This document shows positions 23,596 through 35,975 of a stretch of DNA of 64,000 nt, piece after piece. The stretch lies in assembly GCF_018350175.1 (NCBI RefSeq), contig NC_058368.1:167650001-167714000 (forward strand). The letters are read 5' to 3'. How positions within the stretch are numbered: the stretch's first letter is position 1; each line of letters opens with the position of its first letter. The notes beneath the pieces are model-generated. The model was not told the DNA's origin, did not search any database, and saw nothing but the letters and a program-made list of their open reading frames with translations. Both the position numbers and the translations under genes were made by a program. Source of the DNA: Felis catus (taxonomy: Eukaryota).

Positions 23596-25320
23596 AGAAA
23601 GACTGAAACACTCGTGAAGTACAGAGTCCAAGAAAGAGACTCACCAAAGGTTAAGATCTAATAGGTCTTAAGGACTATAAAATGCTTCCCCCTCCCCATG
23701 CCTTACATTATATTATTTAAGCCTATTTACTGCAACTCCTTTTTTCCAGCACATCATGTTCACCATTCAACAACAAAAAAAATATGAGGCATTCTAAAAG
23801 ATCAAAAAGCAAGCCTGATGAGACTGAACTAGCATCAGAACCAGAGTAAGACATGTCAAGAATGCTGAAATTACTGGAAAGGAGTTTTTTAAAACCATGA
23901 ATAATATGTTAAAGGCTTTAATGAAAAAAAGTAGACAACATGCAAAAAAAGATAGATAATATAAGCAAAGAGATGGAAATTCTAAGACAGAATTTTTAAA
24001 ATGCTAGAGATCAAAAAGTGTATCAGAAATGGAAGAACACCTTTAATAGGCTCATTAGTAGACTGGACATGGCTGAGGAAAGAATTTCTGAGCTTGAGGA
24101 CATGACAGTAGAAACTTTTATAACTGAGAAGCAAAGACAAACAAGACTGAAATAAAGCAGAATATCCAAGGACTGCAGGACAACTAAAAAAGGTATAAGA
24201 TATGCATAATGGGACTATCAGAGCAAGAAGAAAGAGAAAAAGGAAAAGATGCAATAATGACTAAAAATTCCCCAAGTTAATGTCAGACACCAAACCACAG
24301 ATCCAGGAAACTCAGAGATATCAAGAAGAATAAATACAAAAAAACCCTACACTTAGGGATATATTTTTCAAACTCCAGAAAGTCAAAGGTAAAGAAAAAA
24401 TCTTGAAAGAAACAAGAGGAAGAAAAACACTTTACCTACAGAAGAGTAAAGGTAAGAATTACATCCAACTTCTCAAAAAACTATGCAAGCAAGAAGAGAA
24501 TGGAGTTAAATATTAACTGCTGAGAGAAAAAAATAACCCAACAACCTAGAATTCTGTATCCTGTGTAAGTATCTTTCAAAGCTGAAGGAAAAATAAGACT
24601 TTCTTAAGTAAACAAAAATTAAAGACTTTTTTTTTCCAGTCGACCTACCTTGCAAGAAAGGTTGAAAGAAGTTTTTCATAGAGAAGAAAAATGATAAAGG
24701 TTAGAAACTTGGATCGACTTAAGAAAGGAAGCGCTCTGGGGAAGAATAAGTGAAAGTAAAATAAAAAGTTTCATTTTTCTCATTCTTAATTGATCTAATA
24801 ACAGTTCATTCTGGGATATATATATATATATAATTATATATGTATCATGTGATTGTGTATGCTTATGTATAAGTGAAATGAGTGACAGAAGTAAAACAAG
24901 AGAGAGGAGGGAGATATTAGGAATATTTTGTTATTATAGGGTATTCACACTACTCATGAAGCAGTATAGTTTTGTTTAAAGGTACACTCGCCTTAGTTGC
25001 AAATATATATTGTGAATTCCAGAGTAATCACTAAAATTTTTTTTAAATATAATTCATATGATAAGAAAGGAAAGAAAATAGAATCATATCAAATGCTCAG
25101 TTAAAACCATAGAAGGCAGAAAAGGTATGGGAAAAAAAATTGGAACAAAGAACAAAGGCAACACATAGAAAACAGTAGCAAACATGGTAGATAGTAATCC
25201 AGTCATATCAATAATCACTTTGAACGTTAGTGGTTTAAATCCACTAATAAAAGACAAAGATTGCCAGAATGAATATAAAACACTACCCAGCTATATATTG
25301 TTTATAGAAAACCCACTTTA

Positions 25321-25536
25321 TTTATTTATTTTTCAACGTTTATTTATTTTTGGGACAGAGAGAGACAGAGCATGAACCGGGGAGGGGCAGAGAGAGAGGG
25401 AGACACAGAATTGGAAACAGGCTCCAGGCTCTGAGCCATCAGCCCAGAGCCTGACGCGGGGCTCGAACTCCTGGACCGCGAGATCGTGACCTGGCTGAAG
25501 TCGGACGCTTAACCGACTGTGCCACCCAGGCGCCCC
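25321..25536 (-). mobile_element. Young SINEC_Fc
   Basis: CpG-rich, near-consensus; TSD aaaacccacttta. Confidence 0.95.
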
Positions 25537-26222
25537 TAAAAACCCACTTTAAATATAAAGACACATATAGATTAAAAGTGAAGGAATGAAGAAAAATATA
25601 CACTAGTCAGAAGGAAGGAGGAGTAGTTATGTTAATGTCAGACAGGACAGATTCCAAGCAAGGGAAATTATTAGGGATAAAGAGGGACACTAGAATGATA
25701 CTGGCATTAATACCTCCAAGAAGACATAGTAATTCATAATGTGAATGTACCTAACAACAGAGCATCAAAATACGTGAGATAAAAAGTGAAAGAACTGTAA
25801 GGAGAAATAGATGAATCCCTATTGTAGCTGGCGACTTTAACACCACTCTGATAGAAATGGACAGATCTATCAGGCAGAAAATCAGTAAGGATATGGTCAA
25901 AATCAACAGAGCCATGAATCAACTCAATATGATTGACATCTATAGACTACTTTATCCAACAACAGATATTTACACATTTTTTTGCAAGTTTGCATGGAAT
26001 ATTCATGAAGATAAACCATATTCTGGGCCATAAACTATACCTTAACCAATTTAAAAGAAGAGAAATTATATAATGTCTGCTCTCAGACCACAATGAAATT
26101 AAACTAGAAATCAACAACAGAAAGATAACTGGAAAATTCCAAAGTATTTGGAGGTTAAACAACATACATCTAAATAAAACATACTTCAAAGAAGAAATAT
26201 CAAGATAAATTTAAAAATATTT

Positions 26223-26412
26223 TTTTAAGTTTATTTACTTATTTTGAGAGAGACAGCAGGGGAGGGGCAGAGACAGTGGGAAACAGAGAGAATCCCAAGC
26301 AGGCTCCACACTGTCAGCCCACAGCCTGAAGCAAGCCTCGAAACCATGAACCACCAGAATATGACCTGAGTTGAAGTCAGATGCTCAACTGCCTGAGCCA
26401 CCCAGGTGCCCC
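26223..26412 (-). mobile_element. CanSINE
   Basis: TSD aatttaaaaatatttt / aacttaaaaatatttt. Confidence 0.9.
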
Positions 26413-26555
26413 AACTTAAAAATATTTTTAACTAAATATAAATTAAATACAGGCTATCAAAATTCGTGGGATACAGTGAAAGCAGGGCTAAGGGGGAAAT
26501 TTAGCATTCATTGAATGCATGTATTAGAAAAGAAGAAAGATTTGGAACCTATAAT

Positions 26556-26779
26556 TAAAAAAAAATCTTTTTTTAAGTTTATTTATTTTGAGAGAGAGAC
26601 AGAGACAGAGAGAGAGCAAGCTGGGGAGGAGCAGGGAGAGGGAAAGACAGAATCCCAAGCAGGCTCTGTGCTGTCAGCGCAAAACCTGACGTGGGGTTTG
26701 AACTCACAAACCACGAGATCATGACCTGAGCTGAGATCAAGAGTTGGAGGCTTAACCAACTGAGCCACCCAGGCACCCC
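26556..26779 (-). mobile_element. CanSINE
   Basis: TSD tggaacctataat / tagaacttataat. Confidence 0.9.
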
Positions 26780-28826
26780 TAGAACTTATAATCTAAGTTT
26801 CCATTTTAGGAAACTAGAAAACAGAGCAAATTAAATCCAAAGTGAGCAAAAGAAAAAAAAGAGCAGAAATCAATGAAATTGAAAACAGAAAATACAGAAA
26901 ATCAACAAAACCAAAAGCTGCTTCTTTGAAAAGATCATTAAAATTTATAAGCCTCTAAACTACGCTAAGAAAAGAGATGAGACACAAATAACTAATACCA
27001 GAAATGAAAGAGGGTACATCACTATGGATCCCATGGACATTAAAAGGATAATAAAGAAATACTGTGAACAACTCTATGAACACAAATTTAATAACCTAGA
27101 TGAAATGCAGCACCATTCCTTGAAAGACACAATCTACTAAAACTTAGCAGGTATAGACAATCTAAATGGACCTATATTTATTAAAGAAATTGAATCCATA
27201 ATTAACCTTCTGAAACAGAAAGCACCAGGACCAGATGGATTTGCTGGTAAATTATACCACACATTTAAGGAATAAATTATAGTAATTCTCTACAATTTCT
27301 TCAAAAGATAAAAACAGGTAGAATACTTCTTAACTTACTCTATGAGGCCAGCATTACGCTAATACCAAAACCAGACAAACCATTGCAAGAAAACTATAGA
27401 CCAATATCTTGAACATAAATGTAAAAGTTTTCAACAAAATATCAACAAATCAAAATCAACAGTGTATAAAAAGAACTATGCACCATGATCAAGTGGGATT
27501 TATATCAGGTATGCAGGGCTGGTTCAACAATTCAAAAATTAATTGATGTAATATATTATATCAACAGGCTAAAGAAGAAAAATCACATGGTCATAGTAAT
27601 AGCTGCAGAAAAAGCATTTGACAAAATCCAGTACTCATGCATGATAAAGATTCTCAGGAAACTAAAAATAGAGGGGGAACTTCCTCAACTTGATAAGGAA
27701 TATCTTAGAAAAAAAATCTATAGCTAACATTATACCTAATGATGAGAAACTCAAAGTTTTCCCACTAAAATCAGTAACAATTCAAAATAAAATAATAACA
27801 TATCACTACATACTTACTGGATTGGCCAAAATCTGGAACACTGACAGCACCAAATGTTGACAATGATGTGAAGCAACAGGAAATCTCACTCATTGCTGGT
27901 GGGAATGTAAAACGGTACAGTCACTTTGGAAGACAATTTGGCAGTTTCTTAAGAAACTAAACATACTTTACCATATGATCCAGTAATTACTCCCTTTGGT
28001 ATTTACCCAAATGAACTCAAAACTTACATTCACACAAAAACTTGCATGTGGATGTTTACAGCAGCTTTCTTTAGAATTATCAAAACCTGGAAGCATTCAT
28101 GATATCTGTCAGTAGGTGAATGGATAAGTAAACTGTGGTACATCCAGACAAGTGAAAATTAATTATTCAGAATTAAAAAGAAATAAGCCATCAAGTTACA
28201 AAAAGACATGAGTGAAACTTTAAAGTCTATTACTAAATGAAAAACACTAGTCTGAAAAGGCTGCCTTATATATGATTCCAACTGTGTGCCTGACTTGTGG
28301 AAGAGGCAACAAAACTATGGAGGCAGTAAAAAGATTAATAGTTCCAGGGGTTAGGGAGAAGAATGAATAGGCCACGAACAGAGGATTTTTAGGGCAGTGA
28401 AACTACTCTGTCTGGTACTACAATGGACACATGTCGTTATACACTTGTCCAAACCCATAGAATATACATCACCAAGAGTGAACCCTAGACTATGGACTTT
28501 AGGTGATAATGATGTGTGAATGTAATTCCAACAGTTGTAATAAATGTTCTATGCTGGTGGAGGATGTCAACAGAAGGGGAAGTCGTACAGTGTGATGTAG
28601 GCTGCAGAATGTTTACTCGAACTCTGTACTTTCTGCTCAGTTTTGCTGTGTACCTACAACTGCTCTAAAAAAATAAAGTTAATTAATTAAAAAAGTGTGG
28701 TTTCAGAAAACACAGCAATTTTTACACCAAAAGTTAGATCTTCCCCACACACTGAATTATCTGTGAAAACTAGAGACAGATGGTTTTATTCAATTGCATT
28801 TGGAATCATTAACACCACTAGGGCTC

Positions 28827-28831
<5 letters not shown>

Positions 28832-28857
<26 letters not shown>

Positions 28858-28971
28858 CAACGTTTATTTATTTTTGGGACAGAGAGAGACAGAGCATGAA
28901 CGGGGGAGGGGCAGAGAGAGAGGGAGACACAGAATCGGAAACAGGCTCCAGGCTCTGAGCCATCAGCCCAG
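28832..28971 (-). mobile_element. 5'-truncated young SINEC_Fc
   Basis: Body stops at gagccatcagcccag; perfect TSD tagggctcttatt at 28819-28831 and 28972-28984. Confidence 0.95.
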
Positions 28972-29480
28972 TAGGGCTCTTATTTTTTGAGCCTTGAGTC
29001 AAAAGTTCTTTTCATGGTATAAATACAGAGAAATTCTCTTCTTGTGCTACTTGAGGGTTAGTATACACCCTCTTCCATTAATATAAAAGATTTCCATTTC
29101 ATATTTGCATATAATCCACATGATTTTTAGAGAGAAAAATATTTTATTAACTGTCTTAAAAATAGTTTCTTGATATTTCCACTAACACTCTAAAAAGAAT
29201 GTATGTTAACAATTATTTTATTAATCTCTTTTATTTAGGCTATCATGAGTATAAAACTATATGTAATTTCACTTTAATGCTAATGCATAATACATTGTGT
29301 TTAGATTGGTTATATATTGAATTGTTTTCCAATGTGACTTTTTTTTTTATTATTATAGAAGGAGTAATTCAAGTACCAGAAGAAAAAGCAAAATATGTGC
29401 TATCAGGTGTATTTTCCGATTATCTTCAGGTGGTAATCTTTATGAAGAACTAGGCAATTTTTTTAAAGGTATTCATCCCT

Positions 29481-29699
29481 GGGGCGCCTGGGTGGCTCAG
29501 TAGGTTAAGTGTCCAACATTGGCTCAGATCATGATCTAGTGGTCTGTAAGTTCGAGTCCCAAGTCAGGCACTGTGGTGATAGCTCAGAGCCTGGACCCTG
29601 CTTTGAATTCTATGTTTCCCTCTCTCTCTGCCCCTCCCCCACTCATGCACTCTCTGTCTCTCTCTCAGAAATAAAACTAAAAAAAAAAAAAAAAGAAGA
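29481..29699 (+). mobile_element. Felid SINE
   Basis: ggggcgcctgggtggctcag head; TSD core ttcatccct on both sides. Confidence 0.92.
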
Positions 29700-31289
29700 A
29701 AAGTGTTCATCCCTAAGCAGACCTTTTGCTGTCATCTTGTCTGTGCCTCCTTCTAACCATACCTGTTATATTCAGAGATCCTGTTGTATATAATGATATA
29801 ATTATCTACTTTGGGAGATTATTGATATGTTATGAGTGAAGGATAATGGATCAGTCACTATGTGTGATTATAATTTTCAAAAAATGTTACCAATAATATT
29901 TGGACAATGAACTCCGTGGAGAATGAATAGAAATTGATTTTCAAGACTGAAGGAATCCTGAGAACTAGTGAGGACTCATTTAAAAGGACTTCCCAGGGTC
30001 TCCAAGGCAGAAAGATTCTACTAGTTCACTGAGAAATTTTTCACACATGATTTTTTTAAAGTAATTCCCAATAAATTTATAGAAATGACTATATGATGTT
30101 TCAAGACTCATTCTTCACTGGAGAGTATTTCCTTCATACCCAATTTACTGACCTTCCAATCATTTTCAACCTCATGCTTTTCTGATTTTACTTAATCGTC
30201 TGTCCTCTAAAAAATTACCATAAATGGTCCTAATAACTATCTTTTACTTATCTTCCATGATCTCCAACGACTCTTCTATGCATTACGCTCTCTTCTGGCG
30301 CTGTGGGATAATGAGCTCCATGCACGGACTCACCTGCTCAGGCCTCTTGAGGGATGTCTGAATGTCACCGTGGTGATGGGGTACCAGTGCAAGGCCCCAA
30401 CGGGAATGGGATAGTACTCAAGGCCTGAGGCATATGTCTGGCAGAATGAGTTGAAATTCTCTTATTTGGGAGAGCATAAGAGGTAGATAAAGTCACATAA
30501 AACTACATTCTGATGTTGACAGGCCTTAGAACCAATTTTAAGGCACTATAATTTCAAGGACATAAGTCTTGGTTTTGCAGCTTATCTCTCTATTCAAATG
30601 AAAGTGTGGTCACAATTCAGGCCCCAGAAATACTGCTGTGTCATCCCTGTGTTAATGAGCCTGGAGAGAGGTGTGTATGTGTGTGTGGTACTGTAATGCT
30701 CCCAAATAAACTAGCCTTAACAGCAGGTTCGGAGTCTTCTATTTGTAATTTGGGAATAATTAGTGTCAGGGGGATAAATGATTAGCAACCTCGTTATATC
30801 AAAGTGACCTAACATCGGACAAAAAACGTAGGCCATTTCTTCAAAGACTGATTTTAGATCAATACTGTTAAGAGATATTCCCACAAATGCTGAAAATCTA
30901 GGGAAACCTGCTTCATTAAAAGTCTATAATTAATGATGCAGTAACATACAACACAACTGTGGGCTGGCAGATAGAAAAAAATTATCTCAAAACCTTCAAT
31001 ACAGATTTAAATCTAGATTTTTCATTACAAACTTAGAAAAAAATTCTAAACAATGCATTTTCTAAAATGTCAAAGCAACATCGTTCTCAAATGGCTGCAG
31101 AAATCATTTATTGATCAAAACGAAGAAAGAGAATCACTGGCTTAAAAAGGCTAAGACTAAGGAAGGATTTGAGGTTACACAATGTATTTTGAGTTTCAAA
31201 ATGAATGAAGTAAAGGAATAACAGGCCACGTAGGTAGTATTTTGTAATTCTAATCTCAAGGATTTGGTGTGAGAACTGAAATTAACTCC

Positions 31290-32267
31290 TTTTTTTTTTT
31301 AATATTTCAAATGAAAATTGTCCATTTATTAAGCATCCACAGAGTTCCAAGCATTATACAGAACACTTGTTCACACTCTTTTAGAGCAAAATTGCGTATT
31401 TTTTTCACTGACTTTTGCATGCATTGACATTTTAGTTCCACTGTCATAAAATGACCAGTTCTTCAAGACTTGCTCAAGAAACAAGTTTCTGATCCATAGA
31501 AGCAGATCATGCAGGAAGTTTCTCCTGAACTGTTACGCTGAATGTCCTTTCCGTCAGAACCTAACCCCCCTTCCTCCTCTGAAGCCTCCATCTCCACCTC
31601 CTCTTGCGCGTCTGAAACCGCCCCTCCGCCCACTGGGCGCCCTCCACCTCTTCCTCCTGCCACCACCTCTTGGAGGTCCCTTCTCACCTGGAGGTCGAGG
31701 TAAAAACCTCTGCAGTGGGAGCAGTTTATATGGGTCCATGTGAAATTCTGCAGGTTTTTAAAGGAAAGTGCCTTCATATTTTCTGACAATTTAACGGAAA
31801 AAAAAATCTCTAAATTGTCCACATATGTCATCCACTTTACTAATCTGTTCTTTGCTCTCTAAATAAACTGGAGCGCTGAAGTAAAGCACCTTATTTTTGT
31901 CTGCAGTACATTTAAAAACTATGTCATCTCCACAGGGATACAGGTACGCTCCTAATAAAACTACATGTTCTGGAGATCGCTGGTCTTGGCCTTTGTTCAA
32001 CCGTCCGTGGCCACTTCCTTGTCCAAATCCTCCTCTGCCACCATCGCTTTTGAAATTACTGCCTCCATCCGGGAAGGTTGTAGCGGCTGCTATGAATGAA
32101 GCCGCCACCTCCATTAAAGCTTCTACAACCTCCGCCTGGAAAAGACCTTTTTGCTCTACCAGCCTCATCGCCCAGGGTTAGAACCTCCTCCCCCCGCAAG
32201 CAGTGAATTCTTGACGCCACAACTCCTTCCTTCCAGATCCTCCTGCTCCCTACCGCAGCTCACCTGC
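31290..32267 (-). pseudogene. GAR1: Processed pseudogene of GAR1 (H/ACA snoRNP subunit); CDS remnant 32148-31539
   Basis: Translates [80 protein letters not shown] and GAR repeats, in shifting frames. Intronless; start AGG, stop TCA; AATAAA at 31330-31325; poly-A at 31290-31300; TSD ctgaaattaac at 31276-31286 and 32268-32278. Confidence 0.95.
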
Positions 32268-32507
32268 CTGAAATTAACACTCTTGTGTAAGAGAAAAGTT
32301 ATAACCCCGCGTCTTACATGGCTTCCTCTTCCTGATTAGTTCCAAGTGAGTCACTCTCCAGCTAGACCTTCAGTCGCAGTTGTGGAGCATGGTGCTAGGT
32401 ATGAAAAGGTTTCCTACATCTTGAATAGGGCCTCCAGAAATATTTAGGGATTAGGGAAATTTAAGGATAATAACTGGATTGGAATGCAATTTCCTTGAGG
32501 GCTAGAG

Positions 32508-32680
32508 CAGTGGTTCTCAAACTGCAGCCAGTATCAGAATCACCTGGAGGGCTTGTTAAAACATAGGCTGCTGGACCCAACACTAGAGTTTCTGATTCAG
32601 TAGGTCTAGGGTGGGACTAAGAATTTGCATTTCTAACAAGTTCCCAGGTTCCCAGAGGAGCCCAGGTGGAGGGTCACTAT
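32508..32680 (+). mobile_element. MER5A
   Basis: cagtggttctcaaact...atcagaatcacctggagggcttgttaaaaca...agaatttgcatttctaacaagttcccagg. Confidence 0.9.
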
Positions 32681-32688
32681 TCTAGACC

Positions 32689-33076
32689 AGTGTCTCAACC
32701 TGTTGCACATTGCTATCACCTTAGGAAGTTTTTAAACTCCTGATGCCAAGATTATCACCCAGACTAATAACATCAGAATCTACGGTGGTCATGACTAGGC
32801 TCCAGTATTTTGTTTGTTGGTTTGTTTTTATTTTTGAGAGTGTGAGTGGGAGAGGGGCAGAGAGAGAGGGAGACACAGAATCTGAAGCAGGGTCCAGGCT
32901 CTGAGCTGTCAGCATAGAGCCCAATGCAGAGCTCAAACAAACGACCGGCAAGATCGTGACCTGAACCAAAGTCTGACCCTTAACTGACTGAGCCCCCCGC
33001 AGGTGCCCCTAGGCTTCAGTGTTTTTTAAAGTTCCCCAGTAAATTCCAATGTACAGCCCAGATTGGAAGACACTGT
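32689..33076 (+). mobile_element. MER5-like MITE interrupted by a SINE
   Basis: cagtgtctcaacctgttgcacatt ... aatgtacagcccagattggaagacactg. Confidence 0.75.
32812..33009 (-). mobile_element. Felid SINE
   Basis: TSD taggctccagtatttt / taggcttcagtgtttt. Confidence 0.9.
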
Positions 33077-33084
33077 CCAGTCTC

Positions 33085-33404
33085 ATGGTGGTTCTCAGCC
33101 CAGGCTATACTTTAGAATAAACTGAGAAAGTATTTTTTTTAATTGAGGTATAATTGACACACCGTAAACATTACCCTGTTAAAGTGTACAAGTCAGTAGT
33201 TCTTATTCACAAAGTTGCACAACCATCACCACTATCTAATTACAGAACATGTTTATCACCAACCAGGGAGATTTTAAACAAAGTTCTGATACATGGATTC
33301 CACTCTCAAGAGATTCTGAATTAACCAGTCCACTGGGTAAAGGCATCAGTGTTTTTGTAAATTTCTCAGGTGATTCTATTGCACACTAGGGTTGAGAACC
33401 ACAG
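33085..33404 (+). mobile_element. MER5B-like MITE interrupted by a short antisense L1 (L1MB-like) 3' end at ~33133-33262
   Basis: gtggttctcagccc...gggttgagaaccacag; insert aattgaggtataattgac...gttgcacaaccatcaccactatctaatt. Confidence 0.75.
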
Positions 33405-34148
33405 TTCCTGAGTTTGGTTACAGACCTTCCAATACTGTTTAAGGAGTTAATACTTACTTAGGAGCCTTCACTGACCTGTCAGGGATGTTGTAACAATAGA
33501 GGAACTAGCACACATTCTGTCTGAACTCCTGCCTGTCCATTAAACTTGCTCAATCACAATACAGGGGGGGGACATCATCCTTGATTTCGGGCTCTCAGAG
33601 CAGAGAGCTGGGTGACCTTTAACAGGTCAACCTGGAGGTGGCTCTGGTGGTGAGGCCGGCTTTACTGCCTGCAGCATTTCCTTGCAAACCAAAGCTGGAT
33701 TTTAGAGACTGCCAGAGCCTCTGGAGGGCTCAGTGGGCCCTCAAAAGGACTCAGAGCCGCTAGTAAATTTTTTAACATTTGCTTCTGTATTTTTAAGAAG
33801 CCCATTTTGTAGAGACCTTTGGTCGGATGTTGTTTCAATGTTGGCCTTTCGATGATTAAGTCACAGAAACAGAGTTTGAGTCTTGGCTCCTGCAACTATA
33901 AATTGCCAGATTTTGGGTAAAACATTCTGAACTACAGTTTCTTCATTATGTAATATTTCCTTCCTCCGAGAGATGTTTGTGATTAAGGGAAATGGCATAT
34001 TGGGCACATTCACCTCTGTAGAATGGATTCAGTGGAAACATCAGGAGATTTTATGTCACTTAATCTGCATTCCTTCCTGGCTCTGGCCCTTTCCACTAAT
34101 GTGACCTGGGCAAAATATGAGCTTTTATAATCTATAAAAGGAGAAACC

Positions 34149-34188
<40 letters not shown>
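34149..34188. repeat. (AAT)n microsatellite within a MIR relic
   Basis: About 13 perfect units. Confidence 0.95.
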
Positions 34189-34189
<1 letters not shown>

Positions 34190-34679
34190 CTACCTCACCT
34201 TTAATACTATATTTTTGTGACAATCAAATGGTATTGTTCTAAAAAAATGGTATAGTTCACATGAAAATGTTTTATATACTATGGCACTGTATAAATGATT
34301 ATGCTTTAGGATATAACTAGATGGATAGACATATGAAAGGAAGAAAGAATGCATAATTTATAAAGTAAGTTGATTTCTTTTGATGTGTAGACAGTTTGAA
34401 CCTTAGGACCTCAAGAGCAAAAGGCTACTTCCTCCATAGATCATTTAAAAGTAGCCACTGCCTGAAATCTGGATAATGAAACCTCATTTAAATGCTTTAT
34501 GGAAAAGGAGATCCTAAGTTGGTATCCTTTAAGTAGTCTTTTTTCCCCCACTTGCCCCCACCCTTTTTTTTTTTTTTTTTTTTTTTGGTCTTTGCCTATC
34601 CAGAATGGAGTTAATTATGCTCCCTAGTTCTTAGCACTTAATTGGCCCATGCAGTTCCCCTCCTTTTAATGTATTCTTT

Positions 34680-35975
34680 TCCTTCATCCTCGTCTCTGAT
34701 CCCAGTTCCTGTCCTTTCATAGATCCCCCAATCTTTTGTTTGCATTGTGAATACTTCCCATCTACCTTCTAAACATTTGTTTATGTGTATATATGTATAT
34801 CTGTAAAAAATATTGTTTGGTATGTGTGAAAATTTTTTAGAAATTTACACAATTGTTATTTTGCTATAAACCACATTTATTTCACTTAGCAGTATATTTT
34901 ATCTTACTATGAGATCTACCTTCTTAAACTTAGTGTATAATCATCATTGACTCTAGGTATGTTGTATGCTGGATCTCTAGAGCTTACTCATCTTGCTTAA
35001 CTAAATCTTTATGCCTATTGGTCGGTAACTCCCCATTTTTCTCTTCCCCCAGTCCTGGCAACCACCATTCTTCTCTTTGATTCTATGATCCCGACTATTT
35101 TGGATATCTCATAGAAATGGAATCATGCAGTATTTGTCTTTCTATGACTGCCTTATTTCACTCAGCATAATATGCTCAGGTTCATCCATGTTGTCACACA
35201 TCGCAGAATTTTCCTCTTTTTAAAAGTATTCCATTATATGTATATACCATTGTGAGATCCACCCATGCTCCTATATGAAGATCTAATTCATTTTTCTTTT
35301 GACACTGCATATTATTCCATCTTAGGCAAGTACTCTATCATATTATTCCTCTAGTGAGGGACACACTAGATTTTTTCGTTCACAAGATTGTCTTCGTTGT
35401 TTATGGGCCTTTATTTTCCCATATTCATTTAAGAAGCAATTTTATCCAGTTTTCCCAAAATATTCTGCTGAAACTTTTATTGGAATTGTATTGAATTTGT
35501 AGATCAATTTGTGGAAATCTGTATCTTTAAATTGTAAAGATATTGCATCTGTTTATGTAGTGTGGCTTTCTATTTATTCAAATCTCTTCTTTTAATAGAA
35601 TTTTAAAATTTCTTTTATAAAGACCATTAGGCCAGCTCATAGTTTTTAGCTTTTGGGTTACTGTAAATAATGTTTTATGTTCTCTTGCATTTTCTAATTG
35701 GTTATTGCTGATATAAAGGAATGCTATTTGTCTTTGTTTAATGATATTTTTATTTCTCAAACTTGCTGACCTTGAACTCCCTTAATAATTTTCAGAGTTT
35801 GTAACTTCTCTTGTACTTGAATGTAAATTATTATATAATCTATAAACAATGGCAATTTTCTCTTCTCCCTTCCAGATTTTATTCCCCTTATTTTAATTGT
35901 CTGATTATACTAGCCAAAACTTCCAATACTATGCTGATTAGTAACATTGAAAGAAATTAGCTTTGTCTACTTCCA
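34680..35975 (-). mobile_element. Antisense old L1 pieces (L1ME-like host with L1MA-like 3' end at ~34900-35250)
   Basis: ggatctctagagcttactcatcttgc, ggcaaccaccattct, ttttattggaattgtattgaatttgtagatcaattt. Confidence 0.8.

Larger units (their letters stand above)
23049..28694 (+). mobile_element. Long decayed L1 (L1MC1-like): 5' region, ORF1, ORF2 with internal deletion, 3' UTR
   Basis: EN remnant ISIITLNVSGLNPLIK; RT remnant [24 protein letters not shown]; 3' UTR ccaaacccatagaa...ctctaaaaaaataaagtt. Confidence 0.9.

Noticed and set aside
29359..29432. Plus-strand exon-like segment (EGVIQVPEEKAKYVLSG)
   Set aside because: Weak donors, no homology recognised, isolated
31463..32181. Overlapping ORFs of 61-125 aa
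   Set aside because: Frameshifted pieces and antisense shadows of the GAR1 pseudogene; native start and stop are mutated
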